The notes under the pieces were generated by a model. It saw only the letters and a program-made list of their open reading frames with translations, was not told the DNA's origin and searched no databases. The position numbers and the translations under genes were made by a program. This document shows, piece after piece, positions 13,324-25,399 of a DNA stretch of 64,000 nt. Positions within the stretch are counted from its first letter, which is position 1; each line of letters begins with the position of its first letter. This DNA comes from the human T2T-CHM13v2.0 reference genome, Homo sapiens. Location: the NCBI RefSeq assembly GCF_009914755.1, contig NC_060930.1; one strand, 5' to 3'.

Positions 13324-14350
13324 TCCTTTTAGCTTTACTATATGACACTGAAATTATTTGTGTTCAGTTTTCTGAAGCAGACTCTGTGACAAGTGTCATA
13401 GACACAGTTGTTAATATTATTTAGTGTATATGTGTAAGTGCTATGACTCATTGCCAGTTTGTAGAACTATTGAAAGAAATAGAAGATAACAAATGTTAAT
13501 GGTTTTGTAATTTTTTGCCAAATTGCTCTTTGGTTGAGTCAAAGAATACAAAGATTTACTGTATTGTCTATTCCTACTCAAAGATGCATGAAATTAAATT
13601 ATTTCTAGATATTCAATAATCAAAGATAAAAATAATAGTTTGTTTTATGTTTTTTGTGCTAATATCACACTGAACAAAAGCAAACTAAATTGAATTTCAA
13701 AAGAAAAAAATATTTTTTATCTAGAAAGCTGTAATAATTCATTATAATAGGAAATTATCATAATAAAGGTCAATAAAAGTGATTTTTCACATTTTTTTAA
13801 AGAGTCAATATACAGATTTTAGTTGCTGTCAGCAGTATTATAGCAAACTTGTAGTCTCAAAAACTACATGTAAAATTTAAAAACTTTGTTTTGAGATTGA
13901 TAAATTTAGAGATTTTCAGTTTATACAATTTTCCTTTGACTTCAGTGTTAATAATTCTTAGTTGATGTAAGCATTAGTAAATTACTTCACTTGGAAAGAT
14001 AAACAGACATAACTTTTGAACAAGAATATGTGCTTTGAAGCCAAATTAATTCTTAAAAAGTTAAGAAAGATGAACAAGTTTTACCAACATGTTGTGTATA
14101 TTACAGGAAAATTGCTTTTAGTACTTAGTTCAATTATTGGAAATTTGTTTGAAACAACTTGGGTATATGGAACTAGTATTTTAACTGATTTTTTTTTAGC
14201 TTTTTAGGTTTATGCAATCAATACAACTTAAGCGTCTTAAATGAAAATTTAGTGTCTGAATTGAGATATGTTTTCAGTGTAAAATTTACGTTGGATTTCA
14301 AAACTAAAATAATGTGAAACATCTCTCTAATAATTTTTATATTGAGAATG
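13324..14350. mobile_element. hAT-Charlie DNA transposon, right part
   Basis: Resumes after the MSTA; ends with MER33-like 'tgaattgagatatgttttcagtgtaaaatttacgttggatttcaaaac...taatttttatattg'. Confidence 0.65.
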
Positions 14351-14354
14351 TCTC

Positions 14355-14905
14355 ATAGTCACTTAAAATCCAGTAAATTCAAAATGGAGTCTTTATTTGT
14401 TCCCAGTTTCATCATTCCATGATTATTCTCCATTCTAACAGAGGGCAATGCCATCAATGCTGTTGCTCACCTCTCATATCTAACCCATGAGCATGTACTT
14501 TTGGTTGTACCTTCAAAATACATTGCATCTAAAAGCTATTCACAGCTCTCCATATCTATCGCCAACACCTTAATCTAAGTAATCAGTAAGCCATTTAGTA
14601 AGCTCAACACCTTAATTTAATCAGTAAGCCATTTAGTAAGCTTATAAGTTTACTACTATTTTGTCTGCATCATCAGTTGTTCCATTTCAATCACTTTCCT
14701 AAGAGTATTTAAAGGGATCACAAACAAACAAATAAATCAACATAACTCCTCTGTAAAGTGAGTTTTCTCTTTACTTTTTACTTATAACACATGTTCCTTC
14801 CATGATAACATTCTAAATTCATTGTTTTCATTTATGTTATTCTTCTTGTGACTAGAATGTGAATTTCATGAGGTCAAAGACTTAGTAACTAGAGCATTCT
14901 GGTAG
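14355..14905 (+). mobile_element. L2 fragments
   Basis: L2-like 'ctcatatctaacccatgagcatgtacttttggttgtaccttcaaaata' and 3' end 'actagaatgtgaatttcatgagg'. Confidence 0.55.
14563..14642. repeat. Tandem duplication, 42 + 38 bp
   Basis: caacaccttaatctaagtaatcagtaagccatttagtaagct / caacaccttaatttaatcagtaagccatttagtaagct. Confidence 0.9.
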
Positions 14906-15357
14906 ATAATAGATTCTCTATCTACTGTTTTTTTTTTTTTTTTCATTTTTATGAGATAGCAAATTAATCCTTGTAAGTAAATTAATCAATATAAGATTAT
15001 TAATCATAATCTTTAATCATGTTTATGATATAGTAAATTAATCAATATAAGTAAAATAAGCCAGGATAAACCATTTTACATACCCTAATTGTTACAAAAT
15101 ATAACATATACACAGAATAATTTTCCAAAACATAATTTGTATAACATTAGGTGTTTTGAGATTAGTAAAGTTAGTATGTTAAGAAAAATTTAGAAAGTGA
15201 AGAAAATGGAAATAAGACAATAATTATTAATGAGAACACAAACATGCACACATATCTTCTGATATATATAATATGTATGTGTGTGCATACACACACATAC
15301 CTATATCTGTAATGAAATTGGGGCAATCCTATAAACATAACTTCAGAAGATTTTCTA

Positions 15358-15550
15358 AGCCTGGGCAACAACCCCCATCTTTACAAAAAATAAAAACATT
15401 AGCCAGGGTGTGGTGGCACATGACTGTAGTTCCAACTACACAGGAGGCTGAGGTGGGAGGATCATTTAAGCCTGGGAGGTTAAGGTTGCAGTGAGTCGTA
15501 TTCACCTCATTGCACTTAGTCTTGGATTGCTGTTGAAAAAAAAAATAAGA
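15358..15550 (+). mobile_element. 5'-truncated old Alu (AluJ-like), mainly right arm
   Basis: 'agcctgggcaac...ttagccagggtgtggtggcacatgactgtagttccaactac...gaggctgaggtgggaggatc' plus A tail. Confidence 0.85.
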
Positions 15551-15607
15551 AAAGAAACATTTTGATTTTTAATTAGCTATTATGAATAATGCTTATTTGT
15601 AAATACG

Positions 15608-16201
15608 TAACAAACTATCTAATCATTGAATTAAAGGAATATGACAGTGTCTTCATCGAAGCCATGACTGCACCAGAACAAGTTAACACAGGCAAGGCGA
15701 TTATTGTAGTAAAGAGGAGATGCCAGGATTCAGTCTGAACTCAATTCTACTGCTCAAAGGACTGGAGGGTGTTTAAAAGTTGGAGAGGGGGATGGAGGCA
15801 GAGTGGTATTGTAAACCATTTATTTTTGCTAGTTGGTCCTACCCAATGGAAAACAAACTTTTTGATATCTTCATGACAGGAGATAGTTCTACAACTTGGA
15901 GCAAGGTACCCACTGAAGTTAAATTTCTACCCTCCCACAGAGAATGTTACACAGGGACACTAGCTTCCTAGATGATTACAGTTCAAAAAGGGCTCCTAGG
16001 ACCTTGAGCAAAACGTTGCTACCTTGTAATATTAGCAAGAAACTTTTAAAAAGATTTACATTCCAAAAGAGTCAAAGAAATAATTTACGATTATAATTTT
16101 TCAAAGGTGTGCTCTGAGAAAAGAGAGGTCAGGGGCTTAGAGTCCAGAAGAAGCATGCCTAAAGTTTAATCAAGCTGAAATGAATGAAATTGTCTTGATC
16201 A
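15608..16201 (-). mobile_element. ERV1 solo LTR, MER67-like
   Basis: Reverse complement starts 'tgatcaagacaatttc...aaactttaggcatgcttcttctggactctaagcccctgacctctcttttctcagagc'. Confidence 0.65.
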
Positions 16202-17459
16202 CTTGATACAACACCCTTTAGAGACATTGAAGTAATTTTTAATACTAACAATATGTAACTGGGTGATTCTTCTTCCTATTCTCATTTTTAGTGTGAATTA
16301 TAGAGTATTGAGAATTTTTAATGAGGGAAATATTATCATTATTTTATTTTGAATTGTTTTGATCATAACAGGAATTAAACATTTTAAAATGTTTATAACA
16401 AAGAAACTTTAATCTTACAGACTTAAATGTTGGAATATCATTATTTTAATTTGGTTTAAAAAATTGTATGCAGTCTGCATTCCACTAAGTTTCTTAACCT
16501 ATAAAACAAGTATTTTTTAAGGAGCATTATAAGTACAGAGATTCATGCTAATGGCATTCAGCTCATTAATAATTATGTTGTAGTAAAGCTGAGAAAATGT
16601 GATATAAGAGAAACACTTGCTTATTTAAATATGTCAGTTTTATTTCCTTCTGTTTGCTTTGTTAAAACATGCATATAATTTTGGATAAAAATGTGTTGGA
16701 TACTGAAAGCCTGCCTCTTATTATAACAAAGGCATTAATTAGACATGAGAGGTCCGCACCATGATCCCAAATGTTATATTTCAATACACATGTTCAGAAA
16801 GTAATCTTTCAGACATTAGTAGGTGTGTTAAATGACTATAATCCTGAGCACCTACATCGACACTTTATCCTTTGATATTTGTCAGACATGCTTAACCCCA
16901 ACTAGGAGAATGTTGTTTTTATTAATAATTATTTCAGGTAATACCTGATTAGGTCTAATGAGTGCTTGGCAGTCTTCATATTGGAATGAAGTCTGTGTGA
17001 ACGTTTACCAAAATGTAGAAACCTTGGAATATTTGACAAATGTTTATTTTTAAAAAATGGCCTCTAATCTCAGTTTGAATTTACACTTATTTTATTTTTC
17101 AGTTTATTTGTTTGGAAAATATTCCTATTACCTTTAAATTGACTTTTTAGAGAAGTTTTACAAATACATTATTTTTAAATACAAGAACAAACAGGAAAAC
17201 GGAGTTAAGTTTTATATGGCAGTGGTGATAGAATGGTTGGGTAGGAGCATGAATACTGAGTAATTATATTTATTATGTCCTTATTCCTGTGTCTTCAAAA
17301 CAGAAAATGATTTGAAGAATCTTAGAACTGTCTTTTTTTTTTTAAAGTCTCTTCCGTTTACCCAGTAAGTGACATAAGCCACAAGTTACTATTTTTTACA
17401 TCTAAATCAGAGCCAGTGTTAACCATCAGTGCCATTTTAACGTGTGATCAGTTCCTTAA

Positions 17460-17612
17460 CTAATATATATATATATACACACATATATAGTTATAGTTAT
17501 ATATAGTTATACATAATATAGTTATATATAAATATATTTATAGTTATATATAATATAGTTTTATATAGTTATATATATACACATACACACATATATATGA
17601 TACAATATATAT
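17460..17612. repeat. TA-rich simple repeat (TATAGT/TA units)
   Basis: Direct inspection. Confidence 0.9.
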
Positions 17613-17652
17613 GCAAGCAGATTTTTCAGACCCAGAATAAAATGTTAAAAGG

Positions 17653-17792
17653 TTTTTTTATTGTTTTAATTAAATAGAGACAGGGTCCCACTACGTTGCC
17701 CAGACTAGTCCTGAACTCTTAGGCTAAAGTGATCCTGCTGCCTCAGCCTCCCAAAGCGTTGGGATTACAGGGATGAGCCACTGTGCCTGGCC
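17653..17792 (-). mobile_element. Alu monomer (FLAM-like)
   Basis: 'agagacagggtcccactacgttgcccag...ctcccaaagcgttgggattacagggatgagccactgtgcctggcc'; TSD-like taaaaggtttt / taaaaagggtttt. Confidence 0.85.
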
Positions 17793-18388
17793 TAAAAAGG
17801 GTTTTAAAGCAAAACAAGAAAACAATCAAATTTCATTTATTTATTAAAGAAAGTAAATAAACAGATATCAAATTGCCAATATGAGGCAAACTCAGGGCAA
17901 ATTTAATTTGCACCTGGGCACATTTACAGAATTTTGACATGGCAGTTACTTGACTATTCATCAAATGTGTAATTTCCTCCAGTCGTAGCACACCCACTGT
18001 TTAAATTTGTGTTCTGAAAATATAAACCCACCACTTAAAATAATTGCTTATTTTATTAATTCAAATATACACACCCATTGATTCATAAATTATCAACAGT
18101 TTAACTTTATGATAAAAATAATGTATATGTTCTATCTTGTCTCATCATTTCTTCTGGCTATCCATGATGGAAAGGGAGAATAAGAGAGCTTTTGTTGTTG
18201 TTGTTGTGTTTTTGCGATTTTTTTTTTTTGTGGGTACCAACACTTTTCTTTTGCCTCCATAGGATTTTTAAATGCAGCCTTATAACCATGTTAAATGCCT
18301 AGATTTGATTATAATAGAAATTTATCAAATTCTTTTAATTTACACACTCAGGTTTCTTGTCAGGTCTAGGAACTCCTCTTTGATTATC

Positions 18389-18960
18389 TTTTTTTTGTTA
18401 TCCTTTTAAGTTCTGGAATACATGTGCAGAATGTGCATGTTTGTTACATAGATATACACAGTGGTGTGCTGCACCCATCCAACCGTCATCTACATTAAGT
18501 ATTTCTCCTAATGCTATCCTTCCCCTAGTCCCCCATCCCCAACCGGCCCCAGTGTGTGATGTTCCCTGCCCTGTGTCCATGCGTTCTCATTGTTCAACTC
18601 CCACTTATAAGTGAGAATGTGTGGTGTTTGGTTTTCTGTTCCTGTGTTTGCTGAGAATGATGCTTTCTATCTTCATCCATGTCCCTGCAAAGGACATAAA
18701 CTCATCCTTTTTTATGGCTGCATAGTATTTCATGGTGTATATGTGCCACATTTTCTTTATCCAGTCTATCATTGATGGGCATTTGGGTTGGTTCCAAGTC
18801 TTTGCTATTGTGAATAGTGCTGCAATAAACATGAGTGTACATGTGTCTTTATAAGTGTAGAATTATTTATAATCCTTTGGGTATATACCTAGTAATGGGA
18901 TTGCTGGGCCAAATGGTATTTCTGGTTCTAGATGCTTGAGGAATCACCACACTGTCTTCA
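18389..18960 (-). mobile_element. 5'-truncated L1PA (about L1PA7-10) 3' end
   Basis: L1PA 3'UTR plus ORF2 C-terminus; ORF 18605-18832 'MFIAALFTIAKTWNQPKCPSMIDWIKKMWHIYTM' is L1 ORF2p. Confidence 0.93.
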
Positions 18961-20489
18961 TCTTTTTGAAAATATTATATGTCTCAATCATGCTGATTTC
19001 ATGTTCAGGAACAGAACAGAAATGAGAAAATGAGAAATGAGTGAGATCTGACATTGGTTTTATGACCTCTATTTATTAAATAACTTTCTCATTTTTTATT
19101 TCTCATTTTAATCTCCTGATTTTAAGAAAATCAGCCTGTTTTGTAAGTTTTTTCTACCTGTTTCAAAAAGTCTTATAGGCTTGTATCACATTGGGACTAC
19201 AAAATGTGTTTCCATTTTGTTGTTGTTGCTGGTAATAAATCATTTTCTAAAATCTCTTCTCCCTCTAAGTTATCAAGATAATACTCCTTTTCTTGTTTTT
19301 TGGACCAATTTTTATAGCTTTATGTTTATCTCAATCTTTGGTGAGAGGAATTTGATTGGGATTTGTGGTTGACCAGAGGTCACTTGAATAAACCTCTCTC
19401 TCTACTAAAACTTGAAAGCAGGCCTACATGCAAACTTTGTAGTCCAGTTATCAATCTCAGGATCCAAAATTGTTGTTTTGTGTTTTAACATGGCTCTTTG
19501 GGCCTGAGATAGAATGGACTCTTACCCTCAGGACCTTAAATCTGATACTCTGAATGATGAAGCAGCCCCCTTTTTAGGGCTTCTCTTATCTTCCCCACAT
19601 TTTCATGACAAATGAAGACTATTCCCACCTGCCTCTGGAATAGGACAGTCTTCCCTGCCCACTACTTGCTTAGTTATTTCCTATCAGTTGTAGCCTCTAT
19701 TTTTTTGTTTTTCATTTTTTTCTTTATGTTTTTTTATTTTGTCTTTATTTTTTGTAGCCTCTAAATTAGCACAGAATACAAGTACTAACAGTAGTGGGAG
19801 CCAGGAAACACATTCCACTGGATTCAAAATTAATATCTACAAAGGTGAAGGATAACTGCTAAGTGTACTGGATCAGGGAGAACTTATAGGTGGCATAGTG
19901 TAGACAAAGAAACAATGGTATGCCTAACACCTTTCAACATGGTAGTAGCATTTGACTTCAAGCAAGGGCGGGCCATAGATTTTATTTTTAATAAAGTTTA
20001 AGCGTCATTGTAGTTAAGGACATTTATTTCAGACTTCAGCAAGAAGTTGTGTGTCAGTTCCAATGTTCTGTTGTGAATCGTCATTTGTTGTGTCTTACCA
20101 TATTAATATATTTTACTGTGATGTTAGTAGAGAAATCATTGAGTGCAGTCATCCAAACACCTTTTAAAACTGGAAATACATAATCTTTAATGCTTTAAAA
20201 TGTATTTGCATATATGTGAAAGTATCATCTAAACTGCAATCATTATAACCCATGAAGTGTGAAGAAATCCTGTATTTTCTATTTTCTTTAACATGATGGA
20301 TAAAAGGTATTTAAGAGAGTTGAGAAACTAACCTTTAGTCCTGTGTCAAATCTGATAGAATTCATCTTTCAACTATCTGTTACCACTTTCTAGACACTGC
20401 CAATAGTAAAATCAATTGTTGAAGTAAATGGAATGGCTTTTGGTATAATGCACAAATGGGTTTAAATTGAGGATTCAGTATATGCGTGT

Positions 20490-21505
20490 TTTGTTTAAAT
20501 ATTTTTGCTTTAGGTGTAGGTTCATATGCAGCTGTAAGAAATAATACAGAGACATTCCATGTAGACTGATATGGTTTAGCTGTGTTCCCATCCAAATCTC
20601 ATCTTGAATTGTAGCTCTCATAATCCCCACGTGTCATGGGAGGGAACCAGTGGCCCAGTGGCAAGTAATTGAATCATGTGGGCAGATTTTTCCCATGCTG
20701 TTCTGGTGATAGTGAATAAGTCTCATGAGATCTGATGATTTTATAAAGAGTAGTTCCCCTGCACATACTTTCTTGCCTGCTGCCATGTTAGACATGTTTT
20801 GCTCTTCTTTTGTCTTCCACCATGATTGTGAAGCCTCCCCAGCCAAGTGGAACTATGAGTCCATTAAACCTCTTTTTCTTTACACCCAGTCTGGGGTATT
20901 TCTTCATAGCAGCATGAGAAGTAACTAATACATAGCCTTTAAGAGTCCCACAATGTAATATCATGAAAAGCAATAGGACATTATCACAACGATGTTGGCA
21001 TTGTTAGAGAAAAGACAGGTAACATTTCCGTCATCACAAACACATCATGTTTTCCTTCAACAGTCATAACCTTTTTTCTCCCACATCCCCTTCGTTAGCT
21101 CTTGACAGTGCCTAATCTGTTCTCCATTTCAGCAATTTTGTCACTTCAAGAATGTTACATAAATGGAATCATCCTCTATGACGGAACCATCCAGTATGTA
21201 ACCTTTTGGTATTAGCTTTTTCCACTTAGCTTAATTCTCTGGAGGTTCATCCAGGTTGTTATGAGAATCAATAGTCTGTTCCTTTTTACTGCTGAGTAAC
21301 CTTCAATGGTATGGTTTTACCACAGTTTATTTAAGCATTTACTGGTTGAAGTACAACTGGGTTGTTTTGGGGTTTTGGCTATTTTGAGCAAAGCTGCTAT
21401 GAATATCCATGTACAGGTTTTGTGTGAACATTAGCTTTTCTTTCCATGTGACCAAAGCCCAAGTGTGCAATTGCAGAGTTGAATTATAGTTCCAAGTTTT
21501 GTTCA
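20490..21505 (-). mobile_element. Old L1M (L1MC-like) 3' end, interrupted by a THE1 LTR
   Basis: 'ggttcatatgcagctgtaagaaataatacagag...' and 'cttcaagaatgttacataaatggaatcat...' are L1M 3'UTR motifs. Confidence 0.7.
20567..20932 (+). mobile_element. THE1 (C/D-like) solo LTR
   Basis: tgatatggttt...ctaataca, 366 bp; 5-bp TSD tagac/tagcc. Confidence 0.93.
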
Positions 21506-21624
21506 GTTTTTTTTTTAAATAAAAGCTCTATTAAGATGTAATTTATATACCATGTAATTCACCTGTTTAAAGTAAAAAGTTCAAGAATTTTTAGTATATT
21601 CAGAACTGCATAATCACCACAATA

Positions 21625-21885
21625 TTTTTTTTTTTTTTGAGGCGGAGTCTCGCTCCATCTCTCAGGCTGGAGTGCAGTGGCACGATCTTGGCTCACTGCA
21701 AGCTCCGCCTCCTGGGTTCACGCCATTCTCCTGCCTCAGCATCCTGAGTAGCTGGGACCACAGGTGCCCGCCACCACACCCAGCTAATTTTTTGTATTTT
21801 TAGTAGAGACGGGGTTTCACCGTGTTAGCCAGGATGGTCTGGATCTCCTGACTTCTTGATCTGCCCATCTCGGCCTCCCAAAGTG
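21625..21885 (-). mobile_element. AluY, slightly 5'-truncated
   Basis: AluY-type 'gcaagctccgcctcctgggttcacgccattctc' and 'ccgtgttagccaggatgg'; perfect 11-bp TSD tcaccacaata (21614-21624 / 21886-21896). Confidence 0.95.
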
Positions 21886-24386
21886 TCACCACAATAATTT
21901 TTAAAACTTTTTCAACATTTTGAAAATAAACCATGTACTCATTAACAATCATTCCCCATTTACTTAAAATGTCCACTCTCCACCATACCTAATAAACCAC
22001 TAATCTGCTTCTGACTATAAAACTTCTTAGTCTGAATATTTAATGTAAACAGTGATATAGAATAAATGCTCTTTGGCTTTAACTGAACTTTCATCTGTGT
22101 TTCAGTGTGTATCAAAATTTTATTCTTCTTTTTGCAGAATAATATTGTACTACATTGATATAACAAATTTTATTTATCTGTTTATCAGAGGATGGACATT
22201 TGAATTGCTTCCACTTTTTGGATATTATAAATAATACTGCTATAAATATTAATGTATGAGTTTTGGGGTAGATGTATATTTTAATTTTTCTTGGGTCTAT
22301 AAGCAGAATTCATGGGTCAAGTGGTAAATATATGTTTAACCATTTGAGGAAAATCAAACTACTTTCTAAATGGCTGCACAATTTTACATTGCCTTTAGCA
22401 GTGTACAAGGGCTCCAGTTTCTTCACATCCTCACCAACACTTACTATTTTCTGTTTTTATGATTATAGCCATCCTAGTGTGAGAAAGTGCTATCTCCTCA
22501 TGGCTTTGATTTGTACTTCCCTGATAGCTAATGTGGTTGAGCATCTTTTATGTGCTTATTCACCATTTGTATATCTTTGGAGAAATGTTTATTCAGATCC
22601 TTTGCTCATTTTTAAATTAGGTTGTCTTTTTATCATTGAATTGTAAGAGTATTTTTACATTTTATAGATAGAAATCCCTCATCAGAAATATGATTTGCAA
22701 AAGTTATTTTTCCATTCTTGGGTTATCATTTTACTTTGTTCATCGTGTCCTTTGATATACAAAAGCTTTTACTATTAATGACATTTATTATAATTATTTA
22801 TTGTTTGGATCCTTGCTTTTGATGTTATATCAAAGGAGACTTTTCCCAACCCAAGGTCCTAAAGAGTTACTACTATATTTTTTTCTAAGAGTTTTATAGT
22901 TTTAACTTTTATATTTAGTTCTACAATTCACTTTGATTTAATTTTTGTGTATGATGTGAAGGACAAACACAATTCCATCCCTTTGTATGTAGATATCAAA
23001 GTGTCCCAACACAGTGTGTTGAAGACTATTCTTTCCCTCTTTGAATTGTTTTGGTACTCTAGTAAAACAAGAAATGACCATAATGTAAGGGTTTATTTCT
23101 GAACCTTTAATTCTTTTCAATTAATCTGTATGTCTATCCATATCTACATACCACATGGTCTTGCTTACTGTAGTTTGGAAATTAGGAAGATCATCAGTTT
23201 CCTTTTTTATTTCAAGATTGTTTTGACTATGTCAGGTTCCCTGCATCTATAAGAATTTTGGGATAACTGACAAATTTCTGCAAAAAGCCACATGAGGTAT
23301 TAATTTTATGTTTATTTGGGAAGTATTGTTATCTTAACAATATTAAGTCTTTTGATCCATGCACTTGAGATGTTTTTCAAATTATTTAGGTCTTCTTTAA
23401 TTTCTTTCAATGTGTTTTCACTTTTATTATTAGATCTTGCACTTCTTTAAAGAATAGATCCCTCTGTATTGTATTCTCTTCAATACTATTATAAATATAA
23501 CAATTTTTATAATTTCATTTTCTGATAGTTCAATTTTATATATAGAAATATAAGTGATTTTTGTATAGTGATTTTACATACTGCAGTGGGTTAGAACTCT
23601 TCTATTAATTCTCAAAGTGTTAGTAGATATATCTGGATTTCCTATATACAAGATCCTGTCAACTACAAAGAGAGATAGTTTAAGGTTTTCTTTCCAATCT
23701 GGATGCCTTTGTGTTTTTTTTCTTGCCTTTATGGCCTGGCAATATGAGAATTACAGTATAATGTTGAATGTAAATGAGAAAGGTGTACACTGTTATCTTG
23801 CTCCTAATATCGGGGGAAAACATTTTTCCTTACACCATTATTACATTAGGTGTGGATTTTTCACAGATGCCTTAAACAATGTTGAAGGCATTCCCTTCCT
23901 TCATTGATTGAGTGCTTTTCAATCACTCCAGAGGTACTGAATTTGTCAATGCTTTTCCTGAGTTTACTGAGATGGTCCTCTGATTTTTCCTTTATTTTAC
24001 TGATAAAATATATTATATTTATTTGTTTGTGCACTTTAAAACAACCTCACATTATTTAATTAAATCCCACTTGGTCTTGGTGTATAATTATTTTTCTGTG
24101 ATGCTGGAGTCAGTGTGCTGGTATTTTGTTGATACATTTTGCATCTATATTCATAAGATATATTGATATGTAGTTTGTTTTTCTTGTGATTTTTTTGGGG
24201 GGTTTTGATATCAGGTTGACACTGGCCTCATGGAGTGAGTTGGAAAGTGTCCCTGCCTCTTTTGCTTTTTGGAATAATTTATGAAGAAATGGTATTAATT
24301 TTGCTTTAAATGTTTGACGGATTTCACCAGTAAAGCCGTTTGGTCCTAAGCTTTTATCTCCAGGAAGTGTTAACAATTATATATCC

Positions 24387-24591
24387 AGCCTGGGCACAGT
24401 GGCTCATGTCTGTAATCCTAACACTTTGGGAGGCCAAAGCAGGAAGTTTGCTTGAATCCAGGAGTTCAAAGCTACCATAGGCAACAAAGTGAGGTGAGTT
24501 CCCATATCTAAAAGAGAAACAAAAAAAAGCAGACAGGCATGGTGGAATGCTCCCACACACCCAGAGTCCCAGCCTGAGCAACAGAGCAAGG

Positions 24592-24594
<3 letters not shown>
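24387..24594 (+). mobile_element. AluJ-like element with deleted right-arm centre
   Basis: Left arm intact; right arm jumps from 'ggcatggtgg' to 'ccagcctgagcaacagagcaag'. Confidence 0.85.

Positions 24595-24633
<39 letters not shown>
24595..24633. repeat. (CT)n microsatellite at Alu tail position
   Basis: Direct inspection. Confidence 0.95.
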
Positions 24634-24636
<3 letters not shown>

Positions 24637-25399
24637 CCCCATTTCTTTTACAGTCAGATTTGGTAGTTTGTGTTTTTTAAGGAATTTATCCATTTCATCT
24701 ATATTGTCTAATTTGTGGCCACACAGCTATACATATTATTCCCTTTTAATCCTTTTTTTTTCTGTTAGATTGTAGGCAATCATCTCACTTTCATTTCTGA
24801 TATTGATAATTTTGTTATTCTTGCTAAAAGTTTGTAAGTATTGTTGATCTTTTCAAAGACTTGGCTTTGTGTTTCTTTGATTCTCTCTCTTTTTCAAGTT
24901 GTTGCTTCATTAGTTTTCATTCTAGTTTTTATTATTTTCTTCCTTCTGCTTTATTCGAGTGTACTTTGCTCTTCTTTTTCCACTGCTTTATGTTGAAGGT
25001 TAGGTCATTGATATGAGGTCATTTTTCTTTTTAAATATAATCATTTACATTTATAAATTTCTCTCTAAGCACTGCTTTAACTTCATCCTACAAGTTTTAT
25101 TATGTCACGTATTTTTATTCAGCTAATAATATGTCCTTATGTCAGTGTGATGTGTTCTTTTATCTTTAAATTACTAACGCATTTTAAATTTCCATAAATC
25201 TATTTCTTTCTGTTATTAATTCTTTGTTTTTACCCTTTGGCCTAAGCAAAAAACTTATGACTAAGTCCTCATTTCTATCAGAATTTTGGGATAACTGACC
25301 AATTTCTGCAAAAAGCCACATGAGATATTAATTTTATATCTATTTGGAGAATATTGTTACCTTAACAATATTATGTCTTTTGATCCACGAACTTGAGAT

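Larger units (their letters stand above)
21508..25221 (-). mobile_element. L1MB-like LINE (3'UTR + ORF2), interrupted by two Alus
   Basis: L1M 3' end and decayed ORF2; ORF 24110-24376 'GPNGFTGEIRQTFK..LIPFLHKLFQK' is ORF2p RT-proximal sequence. Confidence 0.85.

Noticed and set aside
19015-19112. Imperfect inverted repeat (gaaatgagaaaatgagaa / ttctcatt) as a miRNA-like hairpin
   Set aside because: Low-complexity, short interrupted stem
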